DNA of 64,000 nt from Phoronis australis (GCA_002633005.1 NMRA01000243.1:461718-525717), one strand, 5' to 3'; positions 40,529-55,169 are shown, counted from the first letter of the stretch. The notes: generated by a model from the letters alone, not told the origin. Numbers and translations: made by a program.

Positions 40529-41158
40529 GGAACGAGGCTAACGCCTCTCTCGCAAGAACAGTAAATCAATGCAACGCATGTGCTGGGCTTAAAACACAAG
40601 TTATGCCAGGGAAATGTAGAAACTTCCATGGTAATACCCTCTGTCACAGTGCCACTTCTGGAGGAAAGGGACCGCCACCCCGAAATCCGTATGTGGGCGC
40701 TAGTGCGCATGCCGCGGTTTGTTGTGCACATATGCTTCGGGAATGAATGGAGGAAATCGTTTTATCTGACTGCCTTGTTATCTCGGCTGTGTCACAAAAT
40801 ACGAAGTTACCCGGAGTGCATCGATAACGAACGTTCTTATTGCTTCAGCAGCTGCAAGCCACAAAAACCTTTCTCAATAGAGGGAGCATTATACTTATGC
40901 ATTTTTCAACTTCCGACAATCAATCGGAATGTACGAATGTTATTTTCCAACCAACCCACAACGTCAGAATGTTACCTTGTTCGCTAAAGTTGCTCAATCC
41001 CTGTCTTAACCATTTTGATTAGATTTGGATTATTTGTAATTGGAAGTAGACAGGAATTTTAACGATTTTACACCTAGTTTTTTATTTTTTTCCATAAACA
41101 CGTTGAGGTGACTGGCTGATTGCCAGTCTTTCAGACTTTTCTTCAGACACCGCTACCA

Positions 41159-41317
41159 CATGGGCGGCGCACCATAGGGCGCTGGAGGGGGGGGGGGGGG
41201 GGCTACAGCCCCACCAAATATTTCAGTGCTACGCTGCCCATGGAATGGGCGGCGCCCCCCATAGGGGGCTGGGGGGCTATAGCCACCTCCACTTATTTCA
41301 GTGCTGCGCCGCCCATG
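41159..41317 (+). mobile_element. Tandem dimer of an ~80-bp CATGGGCGGCGC MITE
   Basis: Two head-to-tail units (41159-41242 and ~41244-41317), each with inverted ends. Confidence 0.7.
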
Positions 41318-44075
41318 TAACAAGGATCATATTTCTTTAAATATTTTTTAAATACATCTCGTCAACTCATGAAACCATATGTTTTTCAAATCCTTGATGG
41401 TCACAAAAACCTAATGTGCGCACGAAAATAATGCCTAACTTTTTGGGGTCACGTGATTATGTTTCTTCTCAGAAATACGATTTTCCAAGTTCGGCGCGAC
41501 GTAAATCTATCTCAATATTCTACTAGGTATAATCGGGCGCCTGGAAAAATTAGCAGGTCTTATTTAGATCAAAAACCCTGTCGGTCTTTTCGTATTTTAC
41601 AATGGAATGACCGAGATCATGATAAGTTTTGACATGTAACATACAGAAATTTGCTTTAATTTAAATTTTATCCGCCTTAGCTGCTAAATTCTGGTCCAGC
41701 AACTAACAGCTATGCTACACGATCCCCCCAAAGTGTTACTCCTCGAAACAGGAAGGATGTTCAGAGGTTATTGATTGCGCGCTTTAGCGACGAAACAGAG
41801 ATGCGAGATACTATACATATACGAGTAGGTTTTATAGTTCCCATTAAGAGTAAAATAACCCACACTAGTTATGGCTTCTGTTGGAAACGATGTTTTGCAT
41901 AAGTGAGTAATTAACGTTTCCGATAGTAGGTAAACATACAATGAAAAGAATCACAAAATAATTTTTTGGTTTTATCCTTGAACCTAAAACCCACAAAGGT
42001 GATGGGTGAGTGAGTTCGCGTCACTGTCACGGCTCGAGCCTCTTAAATTTTTATTTTACATTTCACGACAGCTGTTTTAAGTTACCTGGATTATAACAGT
42101 TTTCTTCTTCCCGTTACGTCACCGATTTTTCCCCGATCGTCCTCATTCAGTCAATTTTTACGGTCACCGCTCGTTCCGATCAATTCGCCGACGTTCACGA
42201 ATTCCGATTAATTTCATAGTTCATGACCGCTTAGAAATACAGAATCACGTTCAGATTACAGTGAACTTTAAGGTAACGGGATTTCTTCGTTATTAAGGAT
42301 CGAATTTCTTAAAAAAGTTTGAAAGTATTAGTAGTGACCCAAAAACTATGTAATTTGTTAAAATGATTGATGATCGCAGAATCTTGTTATGTGCATGAAG
42401 ACAAAGCCCAGATTTTCATTGTGTTTTTTACTTAACAAAATCGCGATTTATTCTTCAGATCGCCAAATTTTCCACCAGCACGATTTTCCCCGAAACTTAG
42501 AAATTCTTCGGGGAAAATCGCGTATTTAAGAAACGCATATGGTTACAAACATATAAGTATTGCTGCGGTATGCATAATAATAGTCTGAGATCGTCGAAGA
42601 TTTTAAAAGTATATTGTTTTATGGGTCTATTATTAATACCAAGACTATGTAGGACCTTATGGATAAATATGTATTTAACTAAATAATCACAAAATTATAG
42701 ATTTTAACTCAGTAAAAGTATATATTTTCTGAAAGTAGAAAGCTTGCAGAATGCGATTTCTACCTTTTAACCATTATTTTGGTCATGTGACCGCTTCTTT
42801 TTAGTAAGCTTTAGCAAAAACGGAAGGTAAATCGATGGCAGAACAACGTGTGACTTTTTACTTGAAATTTTTACGTGGGAGTTTGTACCTCGAATATTGA
42901 GGCCATCAAACGCGAGTTTGGACTACAAACTCGCTTGCGTAATCCATAATAAACTGAAGCACAGAGTAATAGAAAATTACAATGAGTTCTTATTAAAGGG
43001 AAACAGAAAATGTAAAAAAGAAATTCGAGTTCGAGTTTGAGTAAAAAGATCAGACTCTGAGCCCAGGGCAAAGAATCTTGTTTTCGAACTCAAACTCGAC
43101 CCAGACTTAACCCTAACCAATCATGCATGATTCGAGAACAAACTTATACAATCATTTGCGTGTCATGGAGTCAAGTTCACGGTATAGAGATTAGATACCT
43201 GACCCAAGGCCCGAAATCCAATCTCTTTTGTAAGTTTTTTTTACTAGTTTATCAACGGTATGCTGGCAGCAATTTTTTGCTAATGCAAGTGCCGTTGGGA
43301 CTTGTGCCGATTGAAGCTTCTAAGGCCCATCTCATCAATTCGGTATAACACAGTTCGCCATTGGTACACAATGCAACAGTGGCCCAATTAGCGTTGAAAA
43401 AACGAGGAGAATATAAAAACATGTAAATGATCACACAATTTACAATTATTCCTAAACATTTGATTGGACACACACGACATCGTCAGAGGAGAGATATATC
43501 AAACAACTACAACGAAAGCATATAGAAATGTGTGAAAACCTAAGAACGTTCAGAGGTCTTTATCGGATTCTGCTCAAAAGAGGCTAAGCATATGCAATTC
43601 TACGAGTACAGTATGTGCGCATATGCGCACAATAATCTACCAGAGTAGAAAACCAAAGGCACGTAGCTTGAGCTCATTCCAATACAAATTTTCAAATATA
43701 AAATCGTTTGAGTTTGGAAGCTGGATTTTCGGTCAGCGGCCTGTAACCATCAAGGCTCTTCTGCGAAACTGACAACGAGAGTCTTCTGGGAAATTTACGA
43801 AATCACATCGCGTCAAACTGGAAAGCTTGCTCGCAATTGGCCAATCGAATCGAGTTTTCATGAGAGTTTGGTATCGTGAGGTCCTGAGCTTGGGTCTACT
43901 TTCCGAACTCGGACTCCAGGGCCCAGAATCTTGTCTCCGAGCTCAAAAAAATAAGCAATTACGCTACATGATTCGAGTAGAAAGTTGTACAATAACTTGA
44001 TCTGTTCAGCACAAACTCAAAAAAAGTATGTGTGATTGTGTGCTCGAGTATATTATGGTTTACAACGATGAATGT

Positions 44076-44309
44076 CAGAGGCAGATCTACAGGGGGTTCA
44101 GGGAGGTCAACCCCCCCTTGGGACAGGATCAATAATAAAAATTGAAAAAAATTCACCAGAAAAACGAAATTTGCTACTAAAAACCACAAAAAAATCTTAC
44201 ACGGGAGGAGGGAAACCCTCTCCCGACCTTCCTTCCCTCTGCGCTACGCGCCTCGGATTCGCTCGAATCCTAAGCCCCCCCCCTTACTGAAAACGTAGAT
44301 CTGCCTCTG
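44076..44309. mobile_element. GC-rich MITE with a perfect 15-bp TIR
   Basis: CAGAGGCAGATCTAC / GTAGATCTGCCTCTG; a related one-ended remnant lies at ~31780-31949. Confidence 0.75.
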
Positions 44310-44632
44310 AATATTAATCCTAAATCCAATTTTATGATCCCGTCATTAAACCTATAGACTCGAGTCCAAACTCGAGCTTGAACTCGATGTTATGGCACGA
44401 ATCTTGTGTTGAGTGTGAAACTGGATTGGAATCTCATCTGCGTAAACCATAATACATTGTAACACACAATTACATTAAGAGCAGAAACTGTTAAAAATAA
44501 TCTGGAGTTCGAGTTCGGAGATTAGACTCCGGGTCCAGGTGTATGTTTCCAGCAGTGTGCAGGTATTAATTAACTGTGGATATTCACTTCAACGTTAAGT
44601 CTGTACAGTGTCCTGTCTTTGCCCTGTTTCAG

Positions 44633-44760
44633 CCGAGCTCGGATAAACCTTACCACACCGTGGTTGTCCTTGTGGCGGGAGTAATAGGCGGTCTGGTCCT
44701 GGTCATATTGATCATTCTCTTCTGCAAATGTTGCATGAAAAGAAGCAAGCATCTCAAGAG
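44633..44760 (+). CDS. Host gene: transmembrane exon (PSSDKPYHTVVVLVAGVIGGLVLVILIILFCKCCMKRSKHLK)
   Basis: Polypyrimidine acceptor ccctgtttcag| and donor GAG|gtgagt; phase 0 to 2. A ~21-residue hydrophobic helix is followed by a Cys cluster and basic residues. Confidence 0.85.
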
Positions 44761-46199
44761 GTGAGTCTAATAGATGGCGCTGATACGTTGGCGTCATCGG
44801 CAGCCATTTTAAATTTCCTCTTCGGATGCCACAAATGACGCATTCCTGACGTATTATTGTACATTGTTTTGAGTGCATTTAGACCATGCGGGTATTTTGA
44901 AATAATACGTTTTTCGAGAAACATTTTGCCTGTGCAGGCACGTAAGCTCTAGATGCAGATAAGTGTTTCCCTTTGCATAATTGCTGTCTTGCTGGACGTT
45001 TGTGTATATTTTACCTATATTATTTTGTACTTTTCAATTAATCTGCTGCTCTTAAAGGTGAAGGTATCTGTTTTTACCGGCATACGCGTGCGTTAGAATT
45101 TAGAACCCTGTGAACTTAATGAAATACAATTAAAATTATCGCGAATAACCAGAAAATCTTAATTTAACCAACATGACACTTAACATGACTGCCTTCCCCT
45201 TTAAAGGAAAACAGCTACTAAACGTGTTCATTTGTTCCACTATGTTTCTAAATAGTCTCATGCAGCAGCTAACTTTGGAAATGAACGCAGCTTCAAGACA
45301 GGCGCATGGGCTTATGTGCGGTAGGCGTGTGGTGTATACATTGTTTCCCACAATTCGTCATTCAATGGAAATACATTGGAGAGACAGCGATTTGGCTGTG
45401 AGTCCAAAGGGGGCGAGCCTTGTTCTTAAAGGACCATTTCATACATTGGCATAATCACCTGCTTGGAATAATCGAGTTTTAAGTCCTAGATATCATGCAA
45501 ATTTGGAGCATCTAGTAACCCTGATGCCAACAGAGTTTTAGATGGCGTGATAGTATTAAGCCTCATTGCGTAGGTCTACGGAGTCTATAGAGTTGCATAT
45601 CAGCCACCCTATAGCCACAAAGTTTCATAAACAACTTTGCAACACGCCCTTGAAATACAGTTCTGGATGCCTCCAAAAGCGGGCTCAGGCTTGTGGTGAA
45701 ATTAATCCTTCTGTCACTGACATCTTCAATTTCCGACGCCATGTTCAAAAACACTTCCTATCCAACTAGACAAGACCATTTGCGTCATCACTGATTTTAG
45801 ACGAGTTGAAAGATCCTCTCGAGAAATTGCATTTCGCATGCAGCTTTCCATCAATTGGTTAATCCGACCGGCGAGAATACGAAATACTCGTAATTTATCA
45901 TGTTAACACACAGCCAAATCAATTTTTTCCTGCAATTCTAAATCGATAGTAGCCGTGCTAGCCACTCTTCGTCAGGTTGTCTGAATAGTGTATTATGACG
46001 TTCCAGTGAATGTGAGAAACAAAGATTTAGAGCAAAAGTCAAGCTTTTCGGTAAAAGCTGGACGGAAGGTAACAAAAATCTAATCGTTATTCTTAGTTCT
46101 AGTCGTTACCCTGCATCATTTCTGTGCAAGGGGGGTGAGTTGTGGGATAGCCAAGTATGGGTTCAGTTAATGTTTTCCTATTCTTCACTGATTTGTATA

Positions 46200-46615
46200 A
46201 ACATGAGAAGGCGAGTTGTCGTTGTCGTCAATTCGATGTGTGAACATTGTCTCAAGCAGTTTTGCGCATCTTATAATCAGTGAACTATCAGATTAATACA
46301 CAGCCGTGCTGTTGAAGATCGGAAGTGCCGTGTTTGCTGTCTCTGTAACCTGAGGATGAATGTCATTTCATTTGTGTTTGTAAGAACTATTTCACTCTGA
46401 GAACTACACTTATATCTGAGTGGTGTTGGCGTGAGCCAAATAAGTATAGATTAATGAAAACATTAGAACCTACGACTCAAATTAATCTTTCGAAGTTTGT
46501 TTTTCACGCCACTGCCCTCAGGGAAAAGTTACTCACCGCTCTTTTATAACCACATGTTACGCGTAGGCCAAGACCCTAACTGATGTTGTAAATAAACTGA
46601 TTAAATTGACTGAAT
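46200..46615 (+). mobile_element. 3' fragment of a LINE (ORF2 zinc-knuckle C-terminus and tail)
   Basis: VEDRKCRVC...EDECHFICVCKNYFTLR...INLSKFVFHATALREKLL, then AATAAA and an (A[C/T]TG)n-like tail. Confidence 0.75.
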
Positions 46616-48499
46616 CCACGCAAGGGCTATTTGAGAAGGAAAATTGGAATATTGCTCAGTGGATGTCAGTTTTGGAGTAATTGTTTTATGCTTAGGACTT
46701 TCGAGGTATCGCGAGATAAACAGAGAAGTTCACGCTAAACGCAACCCGGAAATGAAGAACTGTTTCAAAATCGTGACATCTTGATAGGGTCTCGAGTTTA
46801 TTCCGGCTATGCCCGCGTTTAGGCCCATGCGCCTATATGTGAAGCCGCACAGAATTAAGCACACGCGCCTTTACGCGGAACACATGAATAGAGATCAAAA
46901 ATTCAAGGTAGCGTGTGAGTAAATCTTGACGGAATCGTTACCTACAAGGCCGTACATGTTGACGTTTTTTCAGTTTAACAATGAGAATCTTAAAATGAAA
47001 AACACTAAGAATGAACAAAGGTATATAAAAATACTCAACGCCAGACATGCACAAATACAAGGGATGGTCGACAACGCCTAAAAGTGTAGTTTAGGCGCAC
47101 TTGAGCGAAACGCTTTTTCTTGAGTAAGTATTCTTTCAGACGTAGGAGCGCGTGGGCCAAAATGCGTATAATATGGAACGACTAAAAACGTTCGTTTAAC
47201 ATTTATGAAGGTCTAATCTCCGAACTTAGACTCAGTCTCAGACTCGAAACTTAACCATGGTTTGAGTACAAATTTGTATGTGTTTGAAAAGTGTGCCCTG
47301 CAATAGTCAAGTTCCGATACGACGGTGATACAATTTATAATATGAAATACGCTTTGTCGGTAGATGGCGATAAAGTAGCCGAACAAGAGGCCAATGCCGC
47401 ATTTTTCATAATGTTTGCAACCATCATGCAGCCAAAATGTCACTCTTGTGAGGTGGGTTAATAAAATGTATGTCCTGTTGCATGACGCCAAGTGCCGTTA
47501 TTCAACAATAACAGCGTGACGCTTGATAATGCGACGTCATTGTTGCTATACGGCGTATAACTTTTATGCAACTGGGCCACGATGGTTAAACCGATAAGCG
47601 CCATCTTGAGGCTTAGAGACGAGGCTGATGGTTTCGACGTTCATGTTGGTAACGCAAACAAAACTCTATCACGGTGAGGAATGTTTAGGGGTAGAATGTG
47701 GAGAAAGACGTACCTCTAAAAACGGACTATCTACGTTATGGTAGAGTGGGAAAATGTTTTTATTTGAATAATGCTTTCATGGCTCCTGGAGGTACCAATG
47801 GTGCATTGGCAGGTGACAGGACCATGTTTTGATGGAATCGTCAAAATGCGTTTGGTATTCTCCAGTGTTTTTTACCACTTACCAATTTATTAAGACACAC
47901 ACAAAAATATAATACAATGAAATTCAGCCCGGGAACCGCAGTGAGCATTATATCCAATGTTCGAAATGCAAAATAAAAACTGCGGAATCTCCGCGTTCTC
48001 ACGGCGCCATCGGTGGGTGTGATGTCGCTAAATGACACACGGGAACCAAAGAGTGATTATCGAGTGGCGTTTTTTGTATTTACGTGTGATCTTGGAAATT
48101 TACTGGAGACATTTCAAACTGATTGATCACACGAGACGAAATCGATCGCGTGATTATAACGTCTCAAGATATTTATAGTTCCCCTTCCATCCATCAGTGT
48201 GCCCCTGTTGTGAATTTACAGTAGTTATAGAAACATTTCGTATTTCTTTACTGACTGAACTTTACAAATTGATGTTACATAACATTTGTTTGTTTGAAGG
48301 AATAAACATACTTATGAAGAAATTCAATTAGTTTGAACGGGAAAGTTACGGCTTAAATTTATGCAGTGCCTTGTAACCGTTCATACCCGTGTCAGTCGAT
48401 CTCCGACTAGGAAGCCTGGGTGATGAATTCTAAGCTATATGCAGTGCGCATTAACACGACGAACAGAAAAGCCTGCAAAGACTGACAATCATTACTACA

Positions 48500-48765
48500 T
48501 GTACATATACATATATATATATATATGTATACATACATGTACATATACATGTTTCATTGAAGACACGACTTTGTTCTGTTTTTACGAGTTTAATTTCAGT
48601 TCTTTCAAACTCTCTAAATAGAGATCTTGTGTTTACATCAGTCACAACAGTGCAATAAAAATCCAATCGACATTTGTAGATAACATGATTACTGCCAAAT
48701 TATAGTGATATACATATACACATATATACACATATACACATACATTTACACATGCATACACATAT
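48500..48765. repeat. (TA)n/(CATA)n microsatellite patches
   Basis: Directly visible at 48500-48550 and 48708-48765. Confidence 0.8.
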
Positions 48766-50079
48766 AACTTCAGTTGCACCCCTTCATTGACACAAAGCTG
48801 GTTGAAGGAACGACTGTACTTTTTGTTAGACAGCTTGGTTCATACTTCCTCGTACTCTTTACAATCTGTTAATCTTCGCGTGTGCCGCAGTTGTGAAGCA
48901 AATAGCCAAGAGACATAACGGACAAACAGGTTAAAATAGTAGCTATATTTCGAGACCAGATATCTCTTCCTCAGGCATTGGGCAAACTGAACTCTGTGGG
49001 AAGCAGTAATAAACAGTGACAGCAGGTAGAAGGGTATACAAGCAGAGGGTGTGTAACACACGGTAGGAAACCCACAAGCCGATCGGAACAGAGCCGGTGT
49101 GCGGTACACACCTGTGAGGTGCTCATTCAGCACTGGGTTTTCGTGAAACTAAAGGGAAAATGTAACAGTAAAAATACAGGGTGAACATTTTGATCTCTGT
49201 CTCAGTGGCAGAGAACCACTCTAAGCAATGCAATTTAGTGTGTTTTTCGTGTTATATGTCACTTTAAAGATATGCACGAGGCATTGTATAGATATCGTGT
49301 GGGGGGTACGCTCAGACGGAATAGCGGACTCGCTCCTGTGTCTCTTTAAAATCGTAGCACAATGATGCGTTTGTGATTGTTGGTGTTCTTGAAAGTCAAA
49401 CATCGACTGGCGTGGGAAGGAACACCTCCGAAAACAACCAACTCAATACAGAATACACCGTTCACCAATCAGCAATTGCAGAAAAGGCTGCCCTGGAAGC
49501 AATAGTCGTTTTGCATCACGTCAGGGTAACGATCGGTAACACAATTAGATCTTGAGTATTTGAAGCGCTACCATTAAGACTCCTCGGTCTCTTCAGTGGG
49601 TTTGTGCCATAATAGAGAGAGATTGGATAATGTCCTTCCTTTAATGGTCGGCGACATGAACTGAAACTATGCTGTGTTTTAACTTTTAACAGATATTGAC
49701 TGCGACTGTGGCATTCATATTTTTTAAGCAAACTATTTCACGTTTTGTACTTCTAAACCACCGAAAATGCTTGGAGCAGGTTAGAAAACTGCTTAGAAAG
49801 TCCACTAAATTTACAAGCATTACTTCGGGCAAGTTGTTAACCGTTGTGAAGAACTAACAGTCATTATGAAGCACAGAATCTAGTTTGAGGCATAGCGAGA
49901 AGGTGTTGTCTGCTGAATAATGGTTTTGTTTCTCGTGGGAGGTGCAACGTGTGGAACAACAAGTTGTGAGATTAGTTTTGAGAGAAATCACCAAAACAGG
50001 GCTATACGTAGTGCATATATTACACGTGTACGCGGTCTTTTTTATTACTTGTCAAGCTAAATCCTTTACAAAAAGTATT

Positions 50080-50180
50080 GTAATTAAAATAATAATAAAA
50101 GTAATAATAATAATGATGATTATGATGGCGATGATGATGATGATAATATCAATAATAATAATTATTATTATAATTATAAT
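50080..50180. repeat. (AAT)n/(GAT)n microsatellite
   Basis: Directly visible. Confidence 0.85.
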
Positions 50181-51159
50181 ATCCTACATGTGTGTGATTT
50201 TACAATACATGCAACTGAAGTCAATGAAGTTCGTGGTTCTAAAATTTGTTTTAAAATATAGTCTCTGGTGCGTTTCGTAGAGCCAATTTTGTCAGTGAGA
50301 GAAGCGCGACCTCGCACGATCACACGGTGGTGAAAGGCCCGTGCTTCGCGAGTGAGTCTATGGTCTTACTCACGTTGAAAGTATATTGGATGAATGATTG
50401 CCAGTGAAGTGACTGGTCGAACAGACTGGAATGTTGGACTACCGGAGAAAAGTCACTGTTTCCGTTCGCGAGCAAAGATTTTTCTCCGCTGGTGTCTCGC
50501 TATTGCCTTGCATTGCGGAACACACCCTTACTCTAAGCCCTTGCGTGCCCTGATTGATTTCATCTTGCAAGACTGTACAATTGCATACTTGTGTTTTATT
50601 AACGTCATAACTTGCAGAACGTGGCAAGTTATTTGAATTCTTTTGAAGCGATAATAAACCCACTTTTCGACACAAAAACTAACTTTTGGTTTAGGCCACT
50701 TGCCGGTCATGAAACTGTTCTCGTTACGAAATAGTTTCTGGCTGTGCAGAGACCAGCCTCTCCAAGTACGCTCGTCACGTGGGTCATTTTATGCGGCGAA
50801 CATGGTCTCGGGCAACAACAAGACGTTATTTTTTTTCTTCCAAGAACAGCCACCGCGTCTCATCCAAACAACATGTACTGGTTGAGACCAACATTAAAGC
50901 AGTACGTATAAGCGATCGAAATCAAGACTTATTTAATTTCTTGTAAGGTAACAGGTATATAGCCATTTTAAGTAGATTGAGTGATTCATGAAGTTAAGGT
51001 AGTTATCTTAAAGTTTGTTATCACTCGCAGTTGATTAGTAGTGTGGCAAATCACGTATTTTGTTCAATGACTTGCGCAGTCAAGGAATCCGCTTTCCAGA
51101 AAGGTCCTCCAATAGAATTACACCAGTTGAACAGCATGTTCACACACTTTTATTTTCAG

Positions 51160-51327
51160 ACAACCGGCGCAAGTTTTTAATAGAGCCGAACACGTGCCTC
51201 ACTACAAGTCGCACCGGCCTCAGTACGACAGTTTCAAGTCCCACAGTATTTCAAGTCAACGAGAGAAATTATTGGGAGAAAACACACAGTCCAATGGTCG
51301 GCGTCATTCCACGTACGATAGAGAGGA
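51160..51327 (+). CDS. Host gene: internal exon (QPAQVFNRAEHVPHYKSHRPQYDSFKSHSISSQREKLLGENTQSNGRRHSTYDRE)
   Basis: Acceptor cttttattttcag| and donor |gtaagt; 168 bp, open in phase 2 to 2 as the TM exon requires. Confidence 0.75.
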
Positions 51328-52185
51328 GTAAGTAAAAGCCCGGTGACTTTTAACATTTTAAAACTATTCAACCTGCGCGCTTTCTCTCATTTTGCCAATC
51401 CTGACCGGCGATTTTTAAGGGCAATGGCGAACAACCATTCTTATAGAGCTTTTACGCAGTTTTCATGAACATTGGATGATTGCCAAAGCGTACTCGTAAA
51501 GTTCTGCTCGGCTATTTTCGGACAGGAAATAGTTTTATGCAGATGAGGTGGGCAAGAAGAACGAATATAAAGTTAAAAGTATCACCCTTTGCGTAAGAGA
51601 CCGACTTCCAGCATCAAACTAGACTAACAGAGTAATTTGAATTAAATTTTCAAATGTCACTTCCACTGAACTAATTAAAAGTGTCTAAGCGTTTCATGGT
51701 GTGTGAGATATATTTGGGGCGAAATTTAAGCGCGGGTACATTAATTTTTTCATATATGTCGAACTGGATTAGAAATTCATTTCAGTTTTAAGGATACAAG
51801 ATGTTTTAAATAAAGTTAAAGATCTAAAGCGTAATCATCGAATGTAAAAATATCAACATTGATGCTTATTAGTGACTATGTGTAAACACTCCTATGCTCC
51901 AGTGACATTGTTAGATAATCTGGTCGAATCTATATTCATTCGATAATCAACGGTGTATGAATACTTGACATGCGCAGTGAATCACTATCCAATTTAGAGT
52001 ACTGATACATAACCCGTTTTATGCGATCAACGTTACTATAAGTAGCCGAAGTGCAAATGAACCCCACTGAGCGATGATGTCCGTTTCTCTCACCGCGGTA
52101 TGCCCAGTGTGCAGTATATGTAGATATAGATTTGTACTTGGATTCTCATGAGAAGTATGTGCAGTCCCTTCGTCATGCATTGCAG

Positions 52186-52268
52186 GGAGTACCAGAACAG
52201 AGCAGATACCAGGCAAGACAAGCGAGATTTGAATGGACAGGCTGGCAGACGAAACTCAAGGCCGAACG
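52186..52268 (+). CDS. Host gene: internal exon (EYQNRADTRQDKRDLNGQAGRRNSRPN)
   Basis: Acceptor cattgcag| and donor ACG|gtgggt; 83 bp, phase 2 to 1, which links the flanking exons in frame. Confidence 0.65.
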
Positions 52269-54946
52269 GTGGGTTACCTATCCATACATGACGTAATCAA
52301 TCATAGCCAGTGCATCCCCTAATCAAATAAGTTAGGTGGAAATCGCCCATATGTTGAAGTTTCGGATAAATAGTCAGATGAGAATGCAAGTCGATCGGGG
52401 CTCTACCGTGTAGGGTTAGTTAATTAGCTGTCTTACTATGCACAACTTGTTGTACACTAATTGTAAGATAAAATTTCAAAGAAGTGCCTTGTAGTCGTTC
52501 TCCCGGACTTAACCGCTGATGTTATTAAATCCTGTTCATTTTCGTACCTTATTGGTTGTTATGCATAAGCTAGGAAGGAACCCATCCACTGTGATATGTC
52601 AATGTTGGTTGCTACTTAATTCACCCGCGTCGCATCGGGAATATTCGGGTCATTTTGTCCCATTACTGTTTGGGCCTACATGTTGTTTTGTATTGGCTTC
52701 AAGGTTTAAGGTGCATTTCCAATGTGTTATACTGCTACACTGCATTTGAAAGTATTCTTGAATGCGACGACGTTAATTTGCTCAATTTCGTTGTCCCCGA
52801 TGCGTTAATAAAAGGCACTAAATTAAATGTCGAATAATTGTAGGTGTAATGAAAATAGAATTATCATCAATACTCTCCGCTGCACACCTGCAAATGCTTC
52901 AAATTCAAGGATCACATGTTTCACCTGCATCATTGGGAAATGTTTAGGGGGGGGGGGTCGCGAACCAGCTCACTAAACCCAGTCCGCAACTCCTCACGCT
53001 TTGAGAGCTAAAGCTTTTATCTGAGCTCTTGAAATGCATTTTTTTCTTTAAAACCTTGCGGATGATTTTCGTCATGACTGAAAGCACGTGCGGTCGATTT
53101 GCAGACAGTTTTAGATGCCTTCCTTGGGCGCAAGATTGATTTTCGATTTTTAGTCCCAGTTGTTTTGACCGCTATAATGATTAATGTGCTAACGAAGCTA
53201 TAGGACTCTCATTTCCTTTTGTGCCTATTGGCCAGCACGAATTTGTTATTAGAGCTTTGACGGTCAAATCTTTATGTTTGCTTAATATTTGTATTTCGGC
53301 TTTTTGAGCACATTTAAACTCACCACCATGTCAGTGTTTCGCAGAGCTACCGCAATGCATCATGTCTCCACTGACGTTTCAAAGTCCGCGACGGAGTTTC
53401 ACACAAAACATTATGACGGGGACAATTCACGACCGCTGGTATTTTATCGAGTGTACAAAACTACGTTTTGGGAAGGTGGGGATGGGGCGGGGGGAGGTAG
53501 GCTTGGTGCGGGGCTCGACGCATGCTGCTGTTATTTAGACTGATGCGCGACGGGAAATAACTTTTATTGGAAACTTTCAGTAAAATCGGACTAATATGAA
53601 AAGATTTCGATGGTTGTGTGACAATCATGGTAGTAGAAAAATACCAAGCTGTGTGTAGTCGTGAATGTCAGTGAGCAGTCATTCACTGAGAAATAACAAG
53701 AATTGTTATCAAGTGGAAACATGAAATAGCGTCTCAAGGCTGTACTTCTCAACAAGTCTTCTCGAAAAAATAACCGTTGCCCACGTTTGATTACCAGACA
53801 AAATCACGAGTCAAAATTTCTAAACAGCTTTGATTGCCTGGCAGCGAACATTCCTCGTATGTTTTGTTCGGTGGTTTTTGTTGAAGTTAAAGCTAAAGAA
53901 TATTCAAGAAACTGGCATCAAGTGGTGACTTCATAACACACTCTTTACCAGTAGGGAAGCGTGTAGCCATTTGTCGATTTGGTTGAGGTTTTGAAATATT
54001 TCTAGTTTCTCACTTTATAACTTCCGGAAAGTTGCTTGTAAGAGAATTCTTCCAGTAATTTGCTGAATACTACAAACACACCTTTCCTTCTGATGTCACA
54101 CCAGACCAAGCTCGAGTCATTCTCGAGTGCTTGTATGCATCAGTTATGCGTTATTAATACCATGCAGTGGCCTGAACACGTAATGCAAAGTTGTGTTAGT
54201 AGCTTGCCAAAAATAGACTCAATAGGCATCAGGCTCATGCAATTTTAAAGGATACACGAACGTCAATTCACACGGGAATGATGGGATTTGATCAGGGCTG
54301 CGTTATTTAAATGCAAAACACTCGCCAGATATTCGCGGACACTGAGAAATCTTCGTGAAGGAACTGAAATTTCTTCCTAAATCAACACTTAGGTGACCAA
54401 TCATTTCAGTGTCATATTTGCTTGTCTACGCTAATAAGATCTCGGTCTTACTCTTGAAATACTTAGAATTCCCTCGCGTGATTTGGTCATGCGTGGCATT
54501 GCTTTTCTCGCTGGAAACTTATTTCATGGAACACACCTAGAGCAAGTCTTTTGGGCAAGGTAGTTTCATTCATTAACGCGACTGACGGAGAGCAGTTGTG
54601 CCTAGGGTTACTTATCAGGAACCTCTAATCTTAGCTAGAAGCACACGTAAGCTACAGATTGAGGCCCCGTACAAATCGAACCTTCCCTTCAAATTTTTTC
54701 GAAAATTCTGGCGACAGGAGCATGAAACTTGTGGCTACCGGTGGGTTGGAAATTGTAGAGGGTAGCATAAATTACCAGGGCCCTTAGTCTTTTTATACCT
54801 TAGGGCCCCGAAACAATGAATCACAGGGCACAGAAAAACGTACAGTACATCTTCACCCTATAATGGGCACGGTTACGCTTCAGTGAAGAGCGTACTATTG
54901 GTAGAATTGGTTCAAGTCAACAAATCTTACTCTGATGTAATCGCAG

Positions 54947-55169
54947 GCTCTACAGATGACCAGAAAAGAAGAGATAGCACCTCACGTGATCTACCATCAC
55001 AGCAGCAGCAGCAGCAACAACAACAACTGCAGCAGCAACAGCAGCAGCAGCAACAGCAGCAGCAACAGCAGCAACAACAGCAACAGAGCCCGCCATCTAA
55101 CGGAAGGCGAGTATCATTCTTACTGAATGACAACCCGTCAAGTGCGTTTCTCAAATCGCGCGGTAGGAG
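54947..55169 (+). CDS. Host gene: polyglutamine exon (STDDQKRRDS...Q9LQ19...SNGRRVSF...SRGR)
   Basis: Acceptor atcgcag| and donor GAG|gtacgt; phase 1 to 2; mixed CAG/CAA codons at 55000-55086. Confidence 0.7.

Noticed and set aside
49396-49535. Alternative phase 2 to 1 exon of the host gene
   Set aside because: Splice sites are weak, and exons 51160-51327 plus 52186-52268 already complete the frame with better signals.
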